A stretch of 64,000 nt of DNA, from NCBI GenBank assembly GCA_963789955.1, contig CAWBMV010000003.1, forward strand, positions 126,011-190,010, in the 5' to 3' direction. Of the stretch, positions 37,887 to 47,496 are shown piece after piece. The position numbers and the translations under genes were made by a program. This DNA comes from an uncultured Candidatus Rokubacteria bacterium. GTDB lineage: Bacteria; Methylomirabilota; Methylomirabilia; Rokubacteriales; CSP1-6. How positions within the stretch are numbered: position 1 is the stretch's first letter; every line of letters starts with the position of its first letter. Below the pieces are notes generated by a model. The model saw only the letters and a list, made by a program, of their open reading frames with translations, searched no databases and was not told the origin of the DNA.

Positions 37887-40004
37887 ATGCACTGGTCGGA
37901 ACGGCGCTGGGTTCGCGTCCTCTGCGGTAGTCGCGGCCAACCTCTCGGGATCGCATTGCTCGGACTGCTCCTGGCGGTCGTCCTCGTTCCCGAGCTCTTC
38001 GGGCTGGGGTTCATCCGGCTCGCCGCGTTCGACGCGTACCAGCGGTGGGCGCCGCGCACACGCCATTCGGCGCCGGCCATCATCGTGGCGATCGACGAAG
38101 AGAGTCTTCGACAGCACGGACAGTGGCCGTGGCCGCGCACCTGGCTCGCCCAGCTGGTGGCCAAGGTCGCGGAGGCCGGCCCCGCCGCGATCGGGATCGA
38201 CATCGTGATGCCCGAAGCCGATCGACTCTCGCCGGGCCGTCTCCCGGAATTCGTACCGGGGATGGGCCAGGACCTGATCCAACGACTCTTCAGCCTGCCG
38301 AGCAACGACGCGGTCCTGGCGAAGACGCTTCAGGCCTCTCCGGTCGTGCTCGGCGTGGCCGGGCTGGAGGGCGATGTGACCGGGCCGCGTCGCAACGTTC
38401 GGCGCGTGCCGTTTCGAACCGTCGGCGCCGATCCGAGGCCGCTCGTGCGCCGATTCGACGCAACCTTGCAGAGCGCCGAGGAGATCGATCGCGTCGTCAA
38501 GGGGCATGGTCTCCTGAGCGTGGATACCGAGCGCGGGGTGGTGCGGCGCATGCCGCTGGTCGCCGCGGTCGGCGACGCCCTCGTGCCCGCCTTCGGGCTG
38601 GAGATCCTCCGGGTCGCGACCGGCGAGCGACTGCTGACGGTCCGAACCGGCAACGGCGGGGTCGAGGCGGTCGGCGTCGGCGATCTGTTCGTTCCCACCG
38701 AGCCTGACGGCAGTGTGCGCGTGCACTTCACGCGGCCCGATCAGGCGCGCTTCGTCTCGGCGGCCGACGTGCTCGCCGGGAAGATCGATCCGCACGTGCT
38801 CGAGCGCAAGCTGGTCCTGATCGGTGTCACCGCGCTGGGTCTCTCGGACTACCAGGCGACGCCGGTGGCCGATCGGATGGCCGGCGTCGAGATCCACGCC
38901 CAGCTACTCGAAAACATCTTCGACGCGGACCTGCTCTCTCGGCCTCGCGCCGTCCGGTGGGCCGAGGCGGGTCTGTTGCTGGCCGGCGGTCTCTTGCTCG
39001 TCCTGATGATGCCGCGAGTGTCGGCGCTCACGTCGGTGGCGATGTATGTGCTGATGGTCGGCGCGATCGTGACCGTGGGAATCGTGCTCTATCTGAAGAG
39101 CGGGCTCCTGTTCGATGCCGCGTCGCCGTCCCTGGCGCTGGGCACCCTGTTCACGTCGATGCTGGTCGTCACCCTGGCCGAGACCGAGCGCCATCGTCAG
39201 GCGCTGCGCCGCGAGGTCGAGGCGCAGAAGGAGCAGGCCGCGAGACTGGCCGGAGAGCTGGAGGCCGCCCGCCGGATCCAGATGGGCAGTCTTCCGGACG
39301 CGGCGACCGCGTTCCCGGGGGACACGCGGCTCGATCTCTACGCGTTCCTCGAGCCCGCCCGCGAGGTCGGCGGCGATCTCTACGACTTCTTCACCCTCGG
39401 CCACGACCGGCAGTGCTTCCTGATCGGGGACGTGTCGGGCAAGGGGTTGCCGGGCAGTCTCTTCATGGCGGTCAGCAAGGCGCTCTACAAGAGCGCGGCG
39501 CTCCGCGGAGTCGGCCCCGTCGACGCCGTCATGCGGGAAGCCGATCTCGAGATTTCTCGAGACAACGCCGAGGGGCTCTTCGTCACCATGCTTGCCGCGA
39601 CGCTCGACGCGCGCACCGGGCTGCTCGAGTACTGCAATGCCGGTCACGAGCCGCCCTATCTGCTGCCGAACGGCGACCGCCCGCTGGTCCGTCTCGCGGA
39701 CGGCGGCGGCCCTCCGCTCTGTGTCCTGGACCGCTTTACCTACACGGCGAGCGCTCGCCGTCTGACGCCCGGCGATACCATCTGTCTCGTGACGGACGGC
39801 GTGCTCGAGGCCATGAGCCCGAAGGCCGAGCCATACGGTCGGACCCGCTTCGAGGCACTGCTGGACAAGGCCGGGCACGCGGCGAGCGCCGCGGAGGTCG
39901 GTGAGGCGATTCGTCTGGAGGTCAGCCGGTTCGCCGACGGCGTCGAGCAGTCCGACGACCTGGCGATCCTGGTGCTGCGCTGGAAGGGACCTAGCGGACG
40001 CTGA
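37887..40004 (+). CDS. CHASE2 sensor + SpoIIE/PP2C phosphatase (RsbU-like)
   Basis: IVAIDEESL..GQWPWPR and AGVEIHAQ, three TMs, then EVGGDLYD, GDVSGKG, NAGH, TDGV and QSDDLA. Confidence 0.93.
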   Translation: MHWSERRWVRVLCGSRGQPLGIALLGLLLAVVLVPELFGLGFIRLAAFDAYQRWAPRTRHSAPAIIVAIDEESLRQHGQWPWPRTWLAQLVAKVAEAGPAAIGIDIVMPEADRLSPGRLPEFVPGMGQDLIQRLFSLPSNDAVLAKTLQASPVVLGVAGLEGDVTGPRRNVRRVPFRTVGADPRPLVRRFDATLQSAEEIDRVVKGHGLLSVDTERGVVRRMPLVAAVGDALVPAFGLEILRVATGERLLTVRTGNGGVEAVGVGDLFVPTEPDGSVRVHFTRPDQARFVSAADVLAGKIDPHVLERKLVLIGVTALGLSDYQATPVADRMAGVEIHAQLLENIFDADLLSRPRAVRWAEAGLLLAGGLLLVLMMPRVSALTSVAMYVLMVGAIVTVGIVLYLKSGLLFDAASPSLALGTLFTSMLVVTLAETERHRQALRREVEAQKEQAARLAGELEAARRIQMGSLPDAATAFPGDTRLDLYAFLEPAREVGGDLYDFFTLGHDRQCFLIGDVSGKGLPGSLFMAVSKALYKSAALRGVGPVDAVMREADLEISRDNAEGLFVTMLAATLDARTGLLEYCNAGHEPPYLLPNGDRPLVRLADGGGPPLCVLDRFTYTASARRLTPGDTICLVTDGVLEAMSPKAEPYGRTRFEALLDKAGHAASAAEVGEAIRLEVSRFADGVEQSDDLAILVLRWKGPSGR

Positions 40005-40584
40005 TCTCGACGCGCCGGTTCCGCGGCTCGGCGACTTCGTCGGCCGTGGGTACCTCGGGCTCGCGCTCGCCGCGGCCGGCCACCGAGATCCGGACCTTGG
40101 GAATGCCGAGCTTGATCAGCTCGTCTCGACAGCGCTCGGCGCGCCGCAACGACAGCACGTCGTTGTACTGCACGGCGCCCACGCGGTCGGTGTGGCCGAT
40201 GATGGCGATCTCGGGCGCCGGTCGGCGGGCGATCTCGGCGAAGATCTGGTTGACGAGCGCCTTGGACTCCGGCGCGAACTCGTCGGTGTCGGCGAGGAAA
40301 TACAGGAAGAACGAGACCGGCCGCTTCGGCTGCGCCTCGAGCGCCGGACCGAAGTCTTGCTTCACCTCGGCCTCTGAGCTCGTGGTACCGCTGACGCTGC
40401 CGACGTTCTTCACGCGCGCCGCGGCGTAGGGTGTGTCGAGCGTCTGCTTCTTTCCCTCGCTCTCGACGACCAGGGCGCCGGTCTTTCCGTCCTTACCAGG
40501 CAACAGGACGTACAGGTCGTTCCGGCTGGCGCAGCCGACCAGGAGGGTCAGCGCGAGGGGCGCGAGCCAGACGAGATGTCGCAC
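39991..40584 (-). CDS. OmpA-family lipoprotein
   Basis: Lipobox LLVGC; IIGHTDRVG, NDVLSLRRA and NRRVEI. Confidence 0.9.
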   Translation of the reverse strand: MRHLVWLAPLALTLLVGCASRNDLYVLLPGKDGKTGALVVESEGKKQTLDTPYAAARVKNVGSVSGTTSSEAEVKQDFGPALEAQPKRPVSFFLYFLADTDEFAPESKALVNQIFAEIARRPAPEIAIIGHTDRVGAVQYNDVLSLRRAERCRDELIKLGIPKVRISVAGRGEREPEVPTADEVAEPRNRRVEISVR

Positions 40585-40600
40585 CGGCGCGGGCAGGGGA

Positions 40601-41053
40601 TCAGTCTTTCGCCGGGCCGGTGCGCACAAGGAACTCGGTCCCGCGTACGCCGAGGATCGCCGCCGGAGTCTTCACCTTCATCGCGTCGGGCGACTGCTTG
40701 GCCAGCTTGCCGGACACGACGGCCAGGGTGCCCTGCTTCAGCGAGGCGTCGAAGTTGCCCTGATGCGTCGTCGAGTCGAAGACGAAGCGATCGATCGCGA
40801 GCACGCTGTCCGGACCGATCGAGACCAGGCTGCTGTCGCGGAACGTGATGCCGACCGAGCCGTCGGCGCCCGTGGTCACCACGTCGCCCTGCTGCACGAC
40901 CTGGCCGACGCCGGCGGGGAGCTTCTGACCGGACCGCTCGATCTGGGCGGAGCCCTTGGAAGTCTTGATCTGTCCGGCATCCTGGGCCGCGGCGAGCGCG
41001 ACACCGAAGGCCAGAACCATCGGCAAGGTCAAAGCAATCAACCTGGATCTCAT
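40601..41053 (-). CDS. Small secreted FecR-domain protein
   Basis: Signal peptide; GDVVTTGADG, LKQG and VKTPAAILGVRGTEF; RBS GAGGAGG. Confidence 0.88.
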   Translation of the reverse strand: MRSRLIALTLPMVLAFGVALAAAQDAGQIKTSKGSAQIERSGQKLPAGVGQVVQQGDVVTTGADGSVGITFRDSSLVSIGPDSVLAIDRFVFDSTTHQGNFDASLKQGTLAVVSGKLAKQSPDAMKVKTPAAILGVRGTEFLVRTGPAKD

Positions 41054-41179
41054 GGTGTCCTCCTCGTACAACTCGCAATCGTCGGGCCGATTCCGGAATG
41101 CACAGCCGTCCGACGCGCAACCCGATGTATATATAGTAGCCGAGTCGGTCGAGCCATCTCGCGAGATCCGGAGGCGCGC

Positions 41180-41623
41180 ACGAGCCACGACGCGAATACC
41201 GGAAACCACCACCGGACCTTCCCGGCCCGGAGGGATACCCTACCCGCTGTAGCGCAATTCATCGCCGACATCTGCGCGACGAGCGGCGTACCGCGCAAGG
41301 CGTGTCTCCGGTTGACCTTGCTCGTCGAGGAGCTTTTCACGAACACGGTCGTGCACGGCCACGGGACCGACACCGAAGCGCCCGTGTATCTCGCCTTCGC
41401 GATCCAGCCCGGCTCGATCGCGCTCACCTACGAGGACACGGCACGGCCGTACGACCCGTTCGCGCGAGTCGGTGTGCCCGACGACAGCCTCGGCGTGGAG
41501 GAGCGGCCGGTCGGCGGTCTCGGCGTCGCGTTGGTCGCCGCGATCGCCGAACGCGTCGAGTACGCGCACGTCGGAGGCAAGAACCGCATCTCGCTCGTGA
41601 TCCCGACACCGTCCGATTCCTGA
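41180..41623 (+). CDS. RsbW-like anti-sigma factor / HATPase_c Ser kinase
   Basis: LLVEELFTNTVVHG, EDTARPYDP and RPVGGLGV; start codon unclear (ACG behind GGAGG). Confidence 0.85.
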   Translation, partial: TSHDANTGNHHRTFPARRDTLPAVAQFIADICATSGVPRKACLRLTLLVEELFTNTVVHGHGTDTEAPVYLAFAIQPGSIALTYEDTARPYDPFARVGVPDDSLGVEERPVGGLGVALVAAIAERVEYAHVGGKNRISLVIPTPSDS

Positions 41624-41632
41624 GGAGCCGCC

Positions 41633-42451
41633 ATGACCACACCGATCGTCACGTACGCCGCCGACGGCAAGGTCGGCATCGTCTCGCTCAATCGAGCCGA
41701 CAAGCTCAACGCGATCAGCCCCGAGCTGAAGAAGATGCTGGTCGAGCGCTTCCACGAAGCCGACCGCGACCCGGCCACCAGCGTGGTGATCCTGCGCGCC
41801 GAGGGGCGGAGCTTCTGCGCGGGCTACGACATCTCGCCGAACCCGGCGCGGGCCTCCCGGCGCGGCAACGCGCTGGCGTGGCACGAATCGCTGACCGACG
41901 ACGTGCAGCTCGAGATGACGCCGTGGGAGATGAAGAAGCCGGTCATCGCCTCCGTGCAGGGACACTGCCTGGGCGGCGGCTGCGAGCTCGTGATGATGTG
42001 CGATCTCACGATCGCCGCCGACGATGCCCAGTTCGGCGAGCCGGAAATCCGATTCTCGAACGTCGGCCCGGCGCTCGTGATGCCGTTCATCATCGGTCTC
42101 AAGCGCGCCCGCGAGCTGCTCTTCTTCGGCGATCCCATCGATGCGCAGACCGCGCTGCAATACGGAATGGTCAACCGCGTGGTCCCGAGAGCCGAGCTGG
42201 CGGCGGCGACCTTGAAATACGCGCGGCGCATGGCGTTGATCTCGCCGGAGGCACTCGCGGCCACGAAGCTCTCCATCAACCGCGGCGCGGAATCCGCCGG
42301 TTTCCGGAACGCCATCAACTCCGGCCTCGACATCCTGGCCGCCCTCTACGCGGCCCGCACCGAGGTCGGCATGAAATTCGACGAGATCCGCGAGAAAGAA
42401 GGCCTCGGCGCCGCCCTCCGCTGGCGCGCCGCCCAATTCGCCGACCAGTGA
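41633..42451 (+). CDS. Enoyl-CoA hydratase/isomerase family protein
   Basis: LNRADKLNA, FCAGYD, GGGCEL and FGEPE. Confidence 0.92.
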   Translation: MTTPIVTYAADGKVGIVSLNRADKLNAISPELKKMLVERFHEADRDPATSVVILRAEGRSFCAGYDISPNPARASRRGNALAWHESLTDDVQLEMTPWEMKKPVIASVQGHCLGGGCELVMMCDLTIAADDAQFGEPEIRFSNVGPALVMPFIIGLKRARELLFFGDPIDAQTALQYGMVNRVVPRAELAAATLKYARRMALISPEALAATKLSINRGAESAGFRNAINSGLDILAALYAARTEVGMKFDEIREKEGLGAALRWRAAQFADQ

Positions 42452-42468
42452 GCAGTCGCGAAGCTCCG

Positions 42469-43275
42469 CTAGCGTCCCTTGAAGCTCGGCTTGCGCTTCT
42501 CGATGAAGGCGCGGGCTGATTCCTGGAAGTCGTCGCTGAGGTGGAGGCCGAGTCCCTGGGTGTAGTAGCGGGACTGGCGCTGCATCTCGTTGACGAACCA
42601 GCGCATGACCCGGACGTTGGCGCGGACGGATAGGGGCGGGTTCTCGAGGATCTCCGCGGCCAGCGCCTCGGCGGCGGAGAGGAGCTCCGGCCCGGGCACC
42701 ACGCGATTCACCATTCCGTGCTGGTGCGCCTCCTCGGCCGTGAACATGCGGCCGGTCAGCGCGACCTCGTTCGCGAAGCGGCTGCCCGTCCAGAACCAGG
42801 TCGCGACCCAGTGCTGGCCGCTGGCGAGACCGCGCTGCACCTCGCGGATCTGAAACTTCGTTCCCGCGGCCGCGACCACCAGATCACACGACTGCGACAA
42901 CGAGTAGCCGAGCCCGAGCGCATAGCCGTGGACGGCGGCGATCACCGGCTTCCAGTTGACGGTGTCGGCGAGCCCGTTTTCGCGCGAACGCCGGCCGGCC
43001 GGGCCGCCCAGCCGCTTGAGCTCGTCGCGCGTGCGGAGCTGGCGCTGACGCACGTCGGCGCCGGAGCAGAACGCGCGGCCGGCGCCGCTGACGATCGCGA
43101 CACGGAGCTCGGGATCGGCGTCGAACTCGAAGAGGGCGTCGTTGACCTCTTCGACGAGCTGATCGTTGGCGGCGTTGAGCTTCTCCGGGCGGTTCAGGAC
43201 GATGTGACAGATGGCGCCCTTGGGCTCGTAGCGCACCGTCTCGAATTTCGTGGCACCGTTGTCGCGTGTGGCCAT
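42469..43275 (-). CDS. Enoyl-CoA hydratase/isomerase family protein
   Basis: LNRPEKLNA, FCSGAD, KPVIAAVHG and AFIEKRKPSFKGR. Confidence 0.92.
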   Translation of the reverse strand: MATRDNGATKFETVRYEPKGAICHIVLNRPEKLNAANDQLVEEVNDALFEFDADPELRVAIVSGAGRAFCSGADVRQRQLRTRDELKRLGGPAGRRSRENGLADTVNWKPVIAAVHGYALGLGYSLSQSCDLVVAAAGTKFQIREVQRGLASGQHWVATWFWTGSRFANEVALTGRMFTAEEAHQHGMVNRVVPGPELLSAAEALAAEILENPPLSVRANVRVMRWFVNEMQRQSRYYTQGLGLHLSDDFQESARAFIEKRKPSFKGR

Positions 43276-43287
43276 CGGAACGCTCCT

Positions 43288-44334
43288 TCATTTGAACGCG
43301 GGCATCACCTGCTGGGTGAGGATCTGGAGGCTGCGCTTCTCTTGCTCCATCGGCAAGAGCCCGCCCGGGTTCAGCTCGGCCGCGACGCCGTCCAGACTGA
43401 GCTCTTCTCGAAGCTTGGCGAAGCGATCCACGAGCGCCGGGCCCGTGCCGAACGCGACCTTGGTGTCGAGGATCTCGGGATACGAGAGGGTCGACAAGGT
43501 CTTGGCCTGCGTGACCCGGCGCTCCACCGGTCCGGTGCCGGCGCGCCCGATCGGCGCGCGCGTCAGATCGGCCTGACGCTGGAAGTAATACGTGATCGTC
43601 TCCTCCGGCTCGTCCCGCGCCGCCTTCTCGGTCGGGGCGGCGTACACGGGAATGCGGAGACACACGCTGCCGCTCCCGGGATGACCGGCCGCGCGCCAGG
43701 CCTCGCGATAGTGCTTCACGTGGACGGACAGCTCCGGAATGCTCATGCCGCGCAACCCCACGAAGATCGGCAAACCCATCCGGCCCACCTGCGGAAACGT
43801 CTCGGCCGTCGTCGCGGCCATGCGGACCGGCGGATGGGGCTGCTGATACGGGCGCGGTGTGACGGTCGTCTCGGAGAAGCGATAGAACTTGCCCTCGTAG
43901 CTGAAGGGCTCGCCCTTCCACGCCGTCAGGATGACTTCGAGCGCCTCGAAGAATCGCGCCTGGCTCTCCTCGTACGGAACGCCGAGCGCGTCGTAGGCGC
44001 GCGGTCCGCCGCTGCGCCCGATCCCGAAGTCGAAGCGCCCATGACTCAGGTGATCGAGCGTCGCGACCTCGCCGGCGACGCGGAGCGGGTGATTCAGCGG
44101 CAGGAGCTGCACGGCCGTCCCCACGCGCAGGCGGCGCGTGCGGGCCACGATCCAGCTCGCCACCAGCAGGGGCGCCGACAGGACCGAGCGGGCGGGGTTG
44201 ACGAGCATCTCCGCCAACCACACCACGTCGAGCCCCCACTGCTCGCCCGCGTCGGCGAGATCGAGCAGCTCTTGGAACCATTCGCCTTGACTGCTGCCGC
44301 GCCGTATCTGCTCCGTGAAGATTCCGAAGTCCAT
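43288..44334 (-). CDS. LLM-class flavin-dependent oxidoreductase
   Basis: MDFGIF, VWLAE, HPLRVAGEVATLDHLSHGRFDFGIGR and PRPYQQPHPP. Confidence 0.92.
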   Translation of the reverse strand: MDFGIFTEQIRRGSSQGEWFQELLDLADAGEQWGLDVVWLAEMLVNPARSVLSAPLLVASWIVARTRRLRVGTAVQLLPLNHPLRVAGEVATLDHLSHGRFDFGIGRSGGPRAYDALGVPYEESQARFFEALEVILTAWKGEPFSYEGKFYRFSETTVTPRPYQQPHPPVRMAATTAETFPQVGRMGLPIFVGLRGMSIPELSVHVKHYREAWRAAGHPGSGSVCLRIPVYAAPTEKAARDEPEETITYYFQRQADLTRAPIGRAGTGPVERRVTQAKTLSTLSYPEILDTKVAFGTGPALVDRFAKLREELSLDGVAAELNPGGLLPMEQEKRSLQILTQQVMPAFK

Positions 44335-44547
44335 GGTGTCCCTTTCGCGGGCGGGAACGGTTGCTCCTGCCCGGGCCCGCCGTGAGCGATACTGCTCCGC
44401 CGTCGACCGTGGCGTCAAGACACCCGTGCGATGCTCATGCTCGCCTTTTCCGGGTATTTCCGAGCACGGATCGGGGAATCTCCTGGTGGAGATTCGCGGG
44501 TTCCACCCCTATCGTGACTCCTAGACGCCGGTCTTTCGGAGGTGGGG

Positions 44548-45114
44548 ATGTTCACGCGATGGGCAGTTGCAGCGGTTGCCGCCGCGCTGGTGCTCGGGCC
44601 TGGACACGCGACTGCCAGTCCCCCGCTCCCGCCGACCGGATATACGATAGGCACCGAGGATGTCCTCGACATCACCGTGTGGAACAATACGGTGATCAGC
44701 CGGACGGTGCCGGTCCGGCCCGACGGGATGATCTCGCTCCCGCTGCTCGACGACGTGCAGGCCGCGGGGCTCACGCCCAAGCAGCTCAAGGCTGATCTGA
44801 CGCGACGCCTGGCCAGATACATCGCCTCGCCCGAAGTGTCCGTCGTCGTCCGGGAGATCCACAGCCTGAAGGTGGCGGTCATCGGAGAAGTCAGAAGACC
44901 TGGCCGCTACGACCTGAAAAGCCGCACCTCCATCCTCGAGGCCATCGCGCTCGCCGGCGGATTCAACGATTTCGCCCGCCGATCGAAGATGGTGATCGTG
45001 CGCGTGGAGGGCTCGACGGTGACGCGGATTCCGTGTGACTACGACAAAGTGATCGCGAGCGGTCAGCCGGACACATTCTTCCTGCGGCCGGGCGACACCC
45101 TGGTCGTGCCGTGA
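44548..45114 (+). CDS. Polysaccharide biosynthesis/export protein (short Wza-like, Poly_export+SLBB)
   Basis: YTIGTEDVLDITVW, VRPDGMISLPL, VIGEVRRPG and LRPGDTLVVP. Confidence 0.92.
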   Translation: MFTRWAVAAVAAALVLGPGHATASPPLPPTGYTIGTEDVLDITVWNNTVISRTVPVRPDGMISLPLLDDVQAAGLTPKQLKADLTRRLARYIASPEVSVVVREIHSLKVAVIGEVRRPGRYDLKSRTSILEAIALAGGFNDFARRSKMVIVRVEGSTVTRIPCDYDKVIASGQPDTFFLRPGDTLVVP

Positions 45115-45115
45115 G

Positions 45116-45345
45116 ATGGCGTTGACTCCTCGTACGCATGGCGACGCCACGACGCGCGCACTCGCGGTCGTACGACGCCACGGCCGTCTGGCGGCCGTGG
45201 TCTTTCTCGTGGTCTTCGCCGGCGCGGCGACCATCGCGATGTCACTGCCCGACATCTACCGAGCGACCGCCGTGGTGCTCGTCGAGCATCCCGGAACCAC
45301 GGAGGAGAACGGGAAGTCGCTGATGGCGGGCGAGCTGGAGACTCC
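45116..45345 (+). pseudogene. Truncated Wzz/GumC chain-length determinant, N-terminus only
   Basis: VVRRHGRLAAVVF...SLPDIYRATAVVLVE is a Wzz N-terminus; after ~76 codons the frame runs into the antisense strand of ubiD. Confidence 0.8.
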
Positions 45346-45349
45346 GCTC

Positions 45350-46876
45350 TCAGATCCCGCGCTCGGCCAGGAACTTGGCGTAGTCGCGCTGTCCGGCCTT
45401 CGCCTTGCGAATTTGCTCGGGCGAGTAGAACTTGGCGAGGTCGACGACCTCGATGTTGTAGCGGGCCCGCTCGAAGGCGTCCTTGTGGATGAACGGGCGC
45501 GTGGCGTCGATGCCCATCGCGCCGGAGAACCGGATATTGCCCTGCGTCCACTGGCGGTCACCGGCCGAGCTGCGCTCCGCGGGCTGGAAGGTCTGCCCGA
45601 AGCCGCCCTCGCAGATCGTCAGGATGTCCTCCTTGGGGTTCACCCGGGTCGTGAGCGCCCACAGGATGTCCTCGATGTTGTAGATGTCGACGTCCTCGTC
45701 GACGACGATGCCGAGGCGCGCGCCCAGCGAGATCGAGAGCGCGGCCGTCAGGATGTTGCGCTGCAGCCCCTCGTCGCGGGCGCGGCGCTTCTTGACCTGG
45801 AAAATGACGCCGCCCCAGTCGGTCATGCCCATCGGGATGTGCGTGTCGACGCAGAGGCCGGGCACGATCCGCTCGGCGAGCTCGAGGAAGCACGCCTCGC
45901 GCACGACCCCGTCGATGAAGTGCTCGTCCATGCCGTGGACGATGAGGCCGTAGTAGAGCGGCCGGTCCGCACGATGCGTGATCGCCGTCGCCTGGAACTT
46001 GTAGGTGCGGTAGGACTTGCCCATGTAGCCCGACCACTCCGGATGGAACGGATGGACGCCCTGCGCGTCGTCCTTCTCGGCGAGCGGGCTCTCCCACACC
46101 TTCTGGGTCGTGTCGATGTAGCCCTCGACGACATATTCCGCGTTCGCGATCGACCAGGCGTCCTGCGTCCGAGCGCGCACCAGCTCGACCGGGTAGCCCT
46201 GGAGTGCCCCGGCGACGCCGAGCTCGTCGCAGCCTCGCGGCAGGATCACGTACGTGAATCCGGAGCCCGCCATCATCGTGCAGGTCGGCGGGATGCCGAT
46301 GTTGATCGTGACCGGGATGGGCCCCTGGCGATACCAGTGCGTGGCGACCTGGTCCATGTGCGAGCCCGGCGAGATCTGGAAGCTCGAGTAGTCGGGGCCG
46401 CGGAAGTTCATCCGGTTGTAGCCGATGTGCGAGCCGCCCCAGAAGTGCTTGCCGCGCACGACCGTGGTGCCGGCGCCCAGGGTGCGGCCGGGATCGCTGT
46501 CGGAGTGCGAGATCATCGGGACGACGTCCCACACGTCGATGTCCTTCGTCACGACGACTTCCTGGCAGGGCCCGTCCTTCACCTCGATCGGGGGCAAGGG
46601 CGTCCGCAGCGCCTCGACGACTTTGTGCTTGAGCTTTCGCGGATCGTCGACGTCCAGGAGCCGCGCGATACGCTCGGCGCTCGCGAAGATGTTGTTGCAG
46701 ATGCGCGCGTTCGGATAGCCCTTCACCTTGTTGAAGAGGAGCGCGGCGCCGCCGTCGAAATGCTTCTGGATCGCCGCGACCTCGAGGTGCGGATCGACCT
46801 CGACGTCGGTGGTGACCAGCTCGCCGGCGGCGTCGAGATACTCGAGAGTCGATCGAAGGCTCGAGATGTCCTTCAC
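45350..46876 (-). CDS. ubiD: UbiD-family (prFMN) decarboxylase
   Basis: GTG 46876 with RBS GGAGGAGG; EVDPHLE, ALLFNKVKGY, DELGVAGAL, VVDEDVDI and MGIDAT. Confidence 0.88.
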   Translation of the reverse strand: MKDISSLRSTLEYLDAAGELVTTDVEVDPHLEVAAIQKHFDGGAALLFNKVKGYPNARICNNIFASAERIARLLDVDDPRKLKHKVVEALRTPLPPIEVKDGPCQEVVVTKDIDVWDVVPMISHSDSDPGRTLGAGTTVVRGKHFWGGSHIGYNRMNFRGPDYSSFQISPGSHMDQVATHWYRQGPIPVTINIGIPPTCTMMAGSGFTYVILPRGCDELGVAGALQGYPVELVRARTQDAWSIANAEYVVEGYIDTTQKVWESPLAEKDDAQGVHPFHPEWSGYMGKSYRTYKFQATAITHRADRPLYYGLIVHGMDEHFIDGVVREACFLELAERIVPGLCVDTHIPMGMTDWGGVIFQVKKRRARDEGLQRNILTAALSISLGARLGIVVDEDVDIYNIEDILWALTTRVNPKEDILTICEGGFGQTFQPAERSSAGDRQWTQGNIRFSGAMGIDATRPFIHKDAFERARYNIEVVDLAKFYSPEQIRKAKAGQRDYAKFLAERGI

Positions 46877-47407
46877 CGCGATCCTCCTCCCGGGGGATAC
46901 TGCGCCGCGCGCCTTCGCGCCGTCAAGGCCGCTTCGCGGCGCGACGTCGAGCTCGACGATCTCGGCCGTCGGCCCGGAGGGGCCGGCGCGCAGGCGCGCC
47001 ACCGCGATCGGGAGGCTGAAGCGACGAGGCCCGGCGCTTCCGGGATTGAGCATGAGGACCCCCGAGCGGCGCTCGACCTTCGGCTTGTGCGAATGACCGG
47101 AGATGATCACGTCGACGCCGAGGTCGGCCGGGTCCTTCGGCAAGGTCTTGAGGTCGTGAATGACGTACAGGCGGAGTCCCCCGACCTCGGTCGTCACCGT
47201 TTCCGGAACCGAGGCCGCCCAGCGGCCGCGGTCGTTGTTGCCGCGCACGGCGAGCACCGGCGCGATCGAGCCGAGCTCGTCGAGGACCGCCGCGGAGCCG
47301 ATGTCCCCGGCGTGCACGATCAGGTCGACCGACGCCAGCGCCGCGACCGCCTCGGGCCGGAGGAGCCCGTGAGTATCAGAAATCACGCCGACGACGCGTC
47401 GCTCCAT
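46877..47407 (-). CDS. YfcE/MJ0936-type metallophosphoesterase, no stop before ubiD
   Basis: VISDTHG, HAGDIG, VRGNND, SGHSH and NPGSAG; in frame with ubiD. Confidence 0.88.
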
Positions 47408-47496
47408 GACCGTCGAGTGTAGCCGCCGAGACTTCGCTTGCCCAGGGGACGCTCCGGGACTAGCATCGCCTCAACTTCACACGCTCGGAGGGATAC

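Noticed and set aside
39991..41053. Type VI secretion or TonB iron-signalling locus
   Set aside because: No tss genes, TonB-dependent receptor or ECF sigma factor adjacent.
40433..41179. Long N-terminal extension on the RsbW-like ORF
   Set aside because: Antisense to the OmpA and FecR genes; open only because of high GC.
45116..47422. 768-aa ORF as a novel protein
   Set aside because: Only the first ~76 aa are genuine (Wzz-like); the rest is antisense to ubiD and the phosphoesterase.
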